Source: Caulobacter sp. (GTDB taxonomy: Bacteria > Pseudomonadota > Alphaproteobacteria > Caulobacterales > Caulobacteraceae). Taken from it: 64,000 nt of DNA. The number at the start of each line of letters is the position of its first letter. The stretch's first letter is position 1. The position numbers and the translations under genes were made by a program. A model generated the notes under the pieces. That model worked only from the letters and a program-made list of their open reading frames with translations. It had not been told where the DNA came from and did no database searches. Positions 59,682 through 64,000 of this stretch are shown here, one piece after another. The stretch is from assembly GCA_041917095.1 (NCBI GenBank), contig JAYRYI010000006.1:236653-300652 (forward strand), written 5' to 3'.

Positions 59682-60296
59682 ATGAGCGAAGTCCAGCCGG
59701 CCAAACCCGGGCCCGACCTGTTGAAATGGGCCATCCGGGGCTTCGCCCTGATCGGCGCCGCGGCGGTTCTATACGTCATCGCCAGCGCTTCGTTCAAACC
59801 CAGGGAAACGGCGGACCTGCGCGGCCTGGCGACCGGCGATCTGGCCAAGCTCGAGGTGCCGACCGCGCCGCGCGCCGCGCCGGCGGTCGGCTTCAAGGAT
59901 GCCGACGGCAAGCCGCTGACCATCGCCGACTTCAAGGGCAAGGTCGTGGTGCTGAACCTGTGGGCGACCTGGTGCGGGCCCTGCAAGATCGAGATGCCGA
60001 CGCTTGCCGCCCTGCAGGCGGCCTACCAGACCCAGCCGCTGGCCGTGGTCGCAGTCAGCGTCGACAAGGACGTGGACCTGAATCTGGCGCAGGCCTTCAT
60101 CGCCCGGAACCCGCCGCTGAAGCTGTACCGGGATCCCGGCTACGAGCTCGCCTTCGGGCTGGAGCCGAAGGTCGCCGGCTTCCCGACCACCATTGTCTAC
60201 GACAAGCAGGGCCGCGAACGCGCCCGCCTCGCCGGCGACGCCGACTGGAACGGCAAGGAAGCGCGGCAGCTCGTCGAGCGGCTGCTGAAAGAATGA
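59682..60296 (+). CDS. TlpA-like membrane-anchored thiol:disulfide oxidoreductase
   Basis: Track ORF trimmed to the ATG at 59682 ([34 protein letters not shown]). Thioredoxin motif WATWCGPC. Confidence 0.85.
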   Translation: MSEVQPAKPGPDLLKWAIRGFALIGAAAVLYVIASASFKPRETADLRGLATGDLAKLEVPTAPRAAPAVGFKDADGKPLTIADFKGKVVVLNLWATWCGPCKIEMPTLAALQAAYQTQPLAVVAVSVDKDVDLNLAQAFIARNPPLKLYRDPGYELAFGLEPKVAGFPTTIVYDKQGRERARLAGDADWNGKEARQLVERLLKE

Positions 60297-61027
60297 CGCC
60301 TGACGCGCTCGTCGCGCTTGAGGACATTTCCGCCCGGGCCTGGCCGGCGCTGCATCAGGCGCGGCTCGGCGGCTGGCGGCTCAACGCCTCGACCGGGCAC
60401 ACCGGGCGGGCCAACACCTGCTGGGCGTTGGAGGCGCCGGACAGGCCGTTGGAGGAGGCTTTGGCGAAGGTCGAGGCCTGTTACGCCGGACACGGCCTGC
60501 CGACCAGGTTCAAGACCGTCGACGGCGCGCCCCACCCGGCCGGGATCGAGGATTTCCTGCGGGCCGAGGGCTTTTCGCCCAACACCGAGACGAGGGTGAT
60601 GGTCGGGCCGGTCGGCGGGACGAATGACGGCGTGATCCTCGAAGCCGAACCCGACGCGGTCTTCCGGGGGCTGTTGTTCGAGACCCTCTACCGCGACAGG
60701 GCCGACGCCGAGGAACGGCTGGCCACCCTGCGCCGCATCGCCCAGCCGGTGCGTTTCGCGCGGATCGAGCAGGATGGACGGGCGATCGGCGTGGGCGCCG
60801 TGGCGGTGGACGGCGACTGGGCGGGCTTCTCGGTGATGCGGACCTCGCCCGAACACCGGCGTCAGGGCCTGGCCGGGCGGATCATCTCCGCCTTGCTGGG
60901 CTTCGCGGCGGAGCAGGGCGCGAGCCGCAGCTACCTGCAGGCCGAGGTCAGCAACGAGACCGCCGTGGCGCTCTACGAAAAGCTCGGGTTCACGACGGCG
61001 TACCAGTACCGCTACTGGGCGCGCTGA
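60293..61027 (+). CDS. GNAT family N-acetyltransferase
   Basis: The ATG overlaps the tlpA-like stop (ATGA). The C-terminal GNAT core is HRRQGLAGRI...AVALYEKLGF. Confidence 0.8.
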   Translation: MTPDALVALEDISARAWPALHQARLGGWRLNASTGHTGRANTCWALEAPDRPLEEALAKVEACYAGHGLPTRFKTVDGAPHPAGIEDFLRAEGFSPNTETRVMVGPVGGTNDGVILEAEPDAVFRGLLFETLYRDRADAEERLATLRRIAQPVRFARIEQDGRAIGVGAVAVDGDWAGFSVMRTSPEHRRQGLAGRIISALLGFAAEQGASRSYLQAEVSNETAVALYEKLGFTTAYQYRYWAR

Positions 61028-61030
61028 CAG

Positions 61031-61420
61031 TCAGCGGATCAGTTCGATCTCGACGCCGACTGCGGTCGCCACCGATGACCAGGCGCGATCAGCCGTCAGG
61101 GCTGGCACTCCCAGTTTCGCTGCAAGAACGAGGCAGGCGCGGTCGCCGAGCGAAAGCCCTGCGGGACGCGTCACCGGCAGCAACAAACCTGCCGCGAAGG
61201 CCTGCGCCTCATCGAATTCCACGCGTTCGAATGGAAGGGGGTCCAGCACGCTGTGAATCGAAGCAGCGTCTAAGCCCTGCCGAGCCATTCGGCCGACGGC
61301 CTCTCCGACATTGATGGTGCTCATCGCGGAATCGGCGATGCGCTTCTTGACCGTTGCAGAGCCGGGCTCACCTAGCAGCATTGCCATCAGGGCCGAAGTA
61401 TCGAGAACCGAACTGGTCAT
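61031..61420 (-). CDS. vapC: Type II toxin VapC (PIN domain)
   Basis: 129 aa. Has the LDTSAL acidic start and the conserved downstream D (LGDRACL). Overlaps the antitoxin gene by 4 nt. Confidence 0.85.
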   Translation of the reverse strand: MTSSVLDTSALMAMLLGEPGSATVKKRIADSAMSTINVGEAVGRMARQGLDAASIHSVLDPLPFERVEFDEAQAFAAGLLLPVTRPAGLSLGDRACLVLAAKLGVPALTADRAWSSVATAVGVEIELIR

Positions 61421-61680
61421 TCGCCAGTGTCGGCCAAACGGTCAGCCAAAAAGTCGTCGACGGTCAGCTTTCGCCCGCCGAGGAGCTTTTTCATCAGCGC
61501 CTGCGCATCCGAGACCACTTCATCGACGGTCCGCACGCGAATGGTCTGGCCTTCAAGCTCGATGACGACGTCGCCGCCGTTCTCAAGACCCACGGTTCGG
61601 CGCAAGTCCGCTGGAAGACTCAGCCGCCCTGATTCAGAAACGCGCCCTCGATAGACGTTCATGGCGTGAGCTCCATTCAT
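61417..61680 (-). CDS. vapB: Type II antitoxin VapB (AbrB/SpoVT fold)
   Basis: GRLSLPADLRRTVGLENGGDVVIELEGQTIRV, a swapped-hairpin AbrB-like motif. The start may be Met7 (61662). Confidence 0.8.
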   Translation of the reverse strand: MNGAHAMNVYRGRVSESGRLSLPADLRRTVGLENGGDVVIELEGQTIRVRTVDEVVSDAQALMKKLLGGRKLTVDDFLADRLADTGE

Positions 61681-61721
61681 GCCATGAATAGCAAAGTCGG
61701 GTCTGTCGCGCCAGATGGCGA

Positions 61722-62600
61722 CTATCCGACTTTCCGGACCTGCGCCCGCTGGGCGATCACGACCCCGGCCAGCGTCAGGACGCCGCCCAGCATCTGCACG
61801 GGCGTCAGGGCCTCGCCGAACAGGATCCAGCCCGCCACCGCCGCGACGACGGGCTGGGCCAGCACCACCACCGAGGCGATCGAGGCCGGCAGACGGCCCA
61901 GCGCCCAGGCGATCGAGCCCTGGCCGGCGACATGCACCACGGCCAGGCCAACGCAGGCGGCCCAGCCCGCGCCGCTGCCCGGGATGATCTGCTCGCCGAA
62001 CGCGAAGGCCACGGCCAGCAGGATCGGCGTGCTGGCCAGCGTCGACCAGAACATCGCCCGCGACGCGCCGGCGTCCTGGCGGGCCGAGCGCATGGCGATG
62101 AAGTAGAAGGCGTACCAGAGGGCGGTGGCCACCGAGAGCACATCGCCCAGCGGCGCGTTGATCGCCCGGGTCTGGTCGGCGCCGGCCGCCATCACCCCCG
62201 CGCCGGCCAGGGCGACGGCGAGGCCGGCGATGAAGATGCGCTGCGGTCGCTCGCGGAACAGGAACCAGGCGACGGCGGTCACAACAACCGGCGACAGGTT
62301 GGTCAGCACGGTGGCGTTGGCGACCGAAGTCAGCTTGACCCCGTAGTGCCAGAACGACAGGTCCAGTGCGAAGAAGAGGCCCGCCAGCAGCATCATCCGG
62401 CCAGGCGGCGTAGTGGCGCCCTTGCCGTCCCGCAGCGCCATCAGGGCCAGCACCGGCAGCGCCAGGAACAGCCGCCAGAAACCGGCGGCGGCCGGGCCGG
62501 TCTCGGTCATGCGCACGAAGATCGGTGCGAAGCCGATGGCGCAGGCCCCGACGATCAGGGCGATGAAGGGCAGGGCGCGGGCCCGCGACCCGGCGGTCAT
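61722..62600 (-). CDS. DMT superfamily (EamA-like) transporter
   Basis: 292 aa, about 10 TM helices, with a duplicated EamA-type half-structure. Confidence 0.85.
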   Translation of the reverse strand: MTAGSRARALPFIALIVGACAIGFAPIFVRMTETGPAAAGFWRLFLALPVLALMALRDGKGATTPPGRMMLLAGLFFALDLSFWHYGVKLTSVANATVLTNLSPVVVTAVAWFLFRERPQRIFIAGLAVALAGAGVMAAGADQTRAINAPLGDVLSVATALWYAFYFIAMRSARQDAGASRAMFWSTLASTPILLAVAFAFGEQIIPGSGAGWAACVGLAVVHVAGQGSIAWALGRLPASIASVVVLAQPVVAAVAGWILFGEALTPVQMLGGVLTLAGVVIAQRAQVRKVG

Positions 62601-63451
62601 GCGCCGAACCCCAGGTCTGCCTTCAGTTCGGCGGCGGTGACGCCGCGTTCGCGGATGTCCTTCAGCGTTTCGGCCTTGTCGCGTTTGGCGAAGCGCTTGC
62701 CCTGCGCGTCGGTCAGCAGGCGATGGTGGTGGTAGGTCGGGGTCGGCAGGCCGAGAAGCGCCTGCAGCAGCCGCTGGATATGCGTCGCCTCGAAAAGATC
62801 CTCGCCGCGGATCACGTGGTTCACGCCCTGCAACGCGTCATCGACCACGACCGCCAGGTGGTAGGCGACGCCGACGTCCTTGCGGGCCAGCACCACGTCG
62901 CCGGCCGCCTCGGGCCGGGCCACGATCCGCTTCTTCGGCCCCCTGACCGGGCCCTCCTCGCGGAAGCTCAGCTTCTCGAAGCTGCCCACCCGGTCGCGGG
63001 CGGCGTCGAGCGACAGCCGCCAGGCGAAAGGCCTGCCTTCGGACAGGAAGCGGTCCTCTTCGTTGGGATGCAGCGGTCCGCCGCGGAACGCTTCCGTCGG
63101 CCCGTGGGGCGCGCCGGCGGCGGCTTCGGCGATGTCCTTGCGGGTCTTGAAGCAGCGGTAGACGAGACCCTTGGCCTCCAGCCGGGACAGGGCCGCCTCG
63201 TAGTCGGCCATATGCTCCGACTGGCGCCGCACCGGCTGTTCCCATCGAATGCCCAGCCACGCCAGGTCTTCGAGGATGCCGGCCTCGTACTGTGGCCGGC
63301 AGCGCGTGGTGTCGATGTCCTCGATCCGCAGGATGAACCTGCCGCGCTCCGCCCGCGCCGCTTCATACGCGGTGAGCGCCGAGAAGGCGTGCCCGCGATG
63401 CAGGTATCCCGTCGGGGAGGGGGCGAACCGGGTGACGAAGGAGGCGCTCAC
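62597..63451 (-). CDS. gluQ: tRNA glutamyl-Q(34) synthetase (GluQRS)
   Basis: RFAPSPTGYLHRGHA (HIGH-type), LRIEDID and VVDDALQGVNHVIRGEDL. It is a truncated GluRS catalytic domain of 284 aa. Confidence 0.9.
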   Translation of the reverse strand: MSASFVTRFAPSPTGYLHRGHAFSALTAYEAARAERGRFILRIEDIDTTRCRPQYEAGILEDLAWLGIRWEQPVRRQSEHMADYEAALSRLEAKGLVYRCFKTRKDIAEAAAGAPHGPTEAFRGGPLHPNEEDRFLSEGRPFAWRLSLDAARDRVGSFEKLSFREEGPVRGPKKRIVARPEAAGDVVLARKDVGVAYHLAVVVDDALQGVNHVIRGEDLFEATHIQRLLQALLGLPTPTYHHHRLLTDAQGKRFAKRDKAETLKDIRERGVTAAELKADLGFGA

Positions 63452-63498
63452 CCGGTCTCTCTAGACCGGCGAGCGCCCCATTGCATCAGGCGCCGGGT

Positions 63499-63921
63499 CT
63501 AGTTGTTCGCCGGGGCCTCGGAGATGTCTTCCAGCACCGCGCCGGCCTTCCGCGCCGAAGCCTCCTGCGCCACGTCGCCGAGCGAGACGATGCCGGTCAG
63601 GCGTTCCGAGCCGTCGACGATCAGGATTCGGCGGACCTGCTTGTCCTGCATCTGGTAGATGACATCGGCGATCGAGGCGTCCTCGCGGCAGGTCTGGACC
63701 TCGGTGGTCATCACCTCCTCGACCCGGGTGTCGAAGCTGCGCTGCTCGCCGACGACACGCAGCACGATGTCGCGGTCGGTGATGATGCCCCGGATCCTGC
63801 CGTCCTCGACGACCGGGATCGCGCCGGTGTCGATCTCGTTCATGCGCCGCGCGACATCGGCGACGGTGTCGGAGGGACTGGCGACCTGCGGACTGGCGGT
63901 CATCACGTCTGAAATCTGCAT
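63499..63921 (-). CDS. CBS-domain pair protein
   Basis: 140 aa with two CBS repeats (IPVVEDGRIRGIITDRDI and RILIVDGSERLTGIVSLGDV). Confidence 0.85.
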   Translation of the reverse strand: MQISDVMTASPQVASPSDTVADVARRMNEIDTGAIPVVEDGRIRGIITDRDIVLRVVGEQRSFDTRVEEVMTTEVQTCREDASIADVIYQMQDKQVRRILIVDGSERLTGIVSLGDVAQEASARKAGAVLEDISEAPANN

Positions 63922-64000
63922 GGCTCGGCTCCTGGCGGCGGCTGGAGCAAGCCTAACGGGCCGGGCGCGGCGCCGTTCCCCAAGGATCAGCCGTGCGGGC

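Noticed and set aside
63987-64000. Possible 3' end of a further minus-strand gene at the right window edge (TCA at 63987)
   Set aside because: Only about 4 codons are visible, so this cannot be evaluated.

Overview
The window is very GC-rich, with strong G/C third-position bias. It reads as core chromosome of a Caulobacterales-type alphaproteobacterium. That placement is an inference from a PodJ-like polarity factor, a ZitP-like zinc-ribbon protein, and the syntenic blocks tlpA / argH-lipoprotein-lysA and chorismate mutase-hisC-tyrC.

I support about 65 protein-coding genes, one tRNA-Gly(CCC), a few hairpin terminators and several families of short palindromic repeats. I see no rRNA, CRISPR array, IS element, integrase or prophage.

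Many long ORFs in the six-frame track are antisense artefacts of the GC bias. Several real genes start well inside their track ORF, so I re-derived those starts by hand from the sequence.

Gene content by function:
- **Housekeeping:** ftsEX-ydcF-plsC, hpt, lysA, argH, hisC, tyrC, gluQ.
- **DNA repair helicases:** Lhr-like plus PdeM, divergent from a DinG-like helicase.
- **Sulfide stress:** a BigR/SqrR-type persulfide-response module.
- **Lipid/acyl-CoA metabolism:** an acyl-CoA dehydrogenase operon.
- **Others:** a VapBC toxin-antitoxin pair, a stand-alone RtcB RNA ligase and an HscC-type Hsp70 operon.

Nothing here looks like an obvious novel defence island. The items most worth a second look are:
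1. A nested DNA palindrome inserted in-frame inside the Lhr-like helicase gene.
2. An HscC-like Hsp70 translationally coupled to a polytopic membrane protein whose J-like domain reads NPE where the invariant HPD would align.
3. Two copies of a membrane-protein(s) + small XRE regulator module of unknown function, one with tandem paralogous membrane genes.
4. An EF-G paralogue lacking the catalytic His.
5. An MBL-fold gene with no stop codon for about 125 codons past its recognisable end, running antisense into the EF-G-like gene.
6. At least four families of MITE/REP-like palindromic elements, one of which forms the entire lhr-pdeM spacer.

All family assignments come from motif recognition by eye. 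No searches or computations were run.
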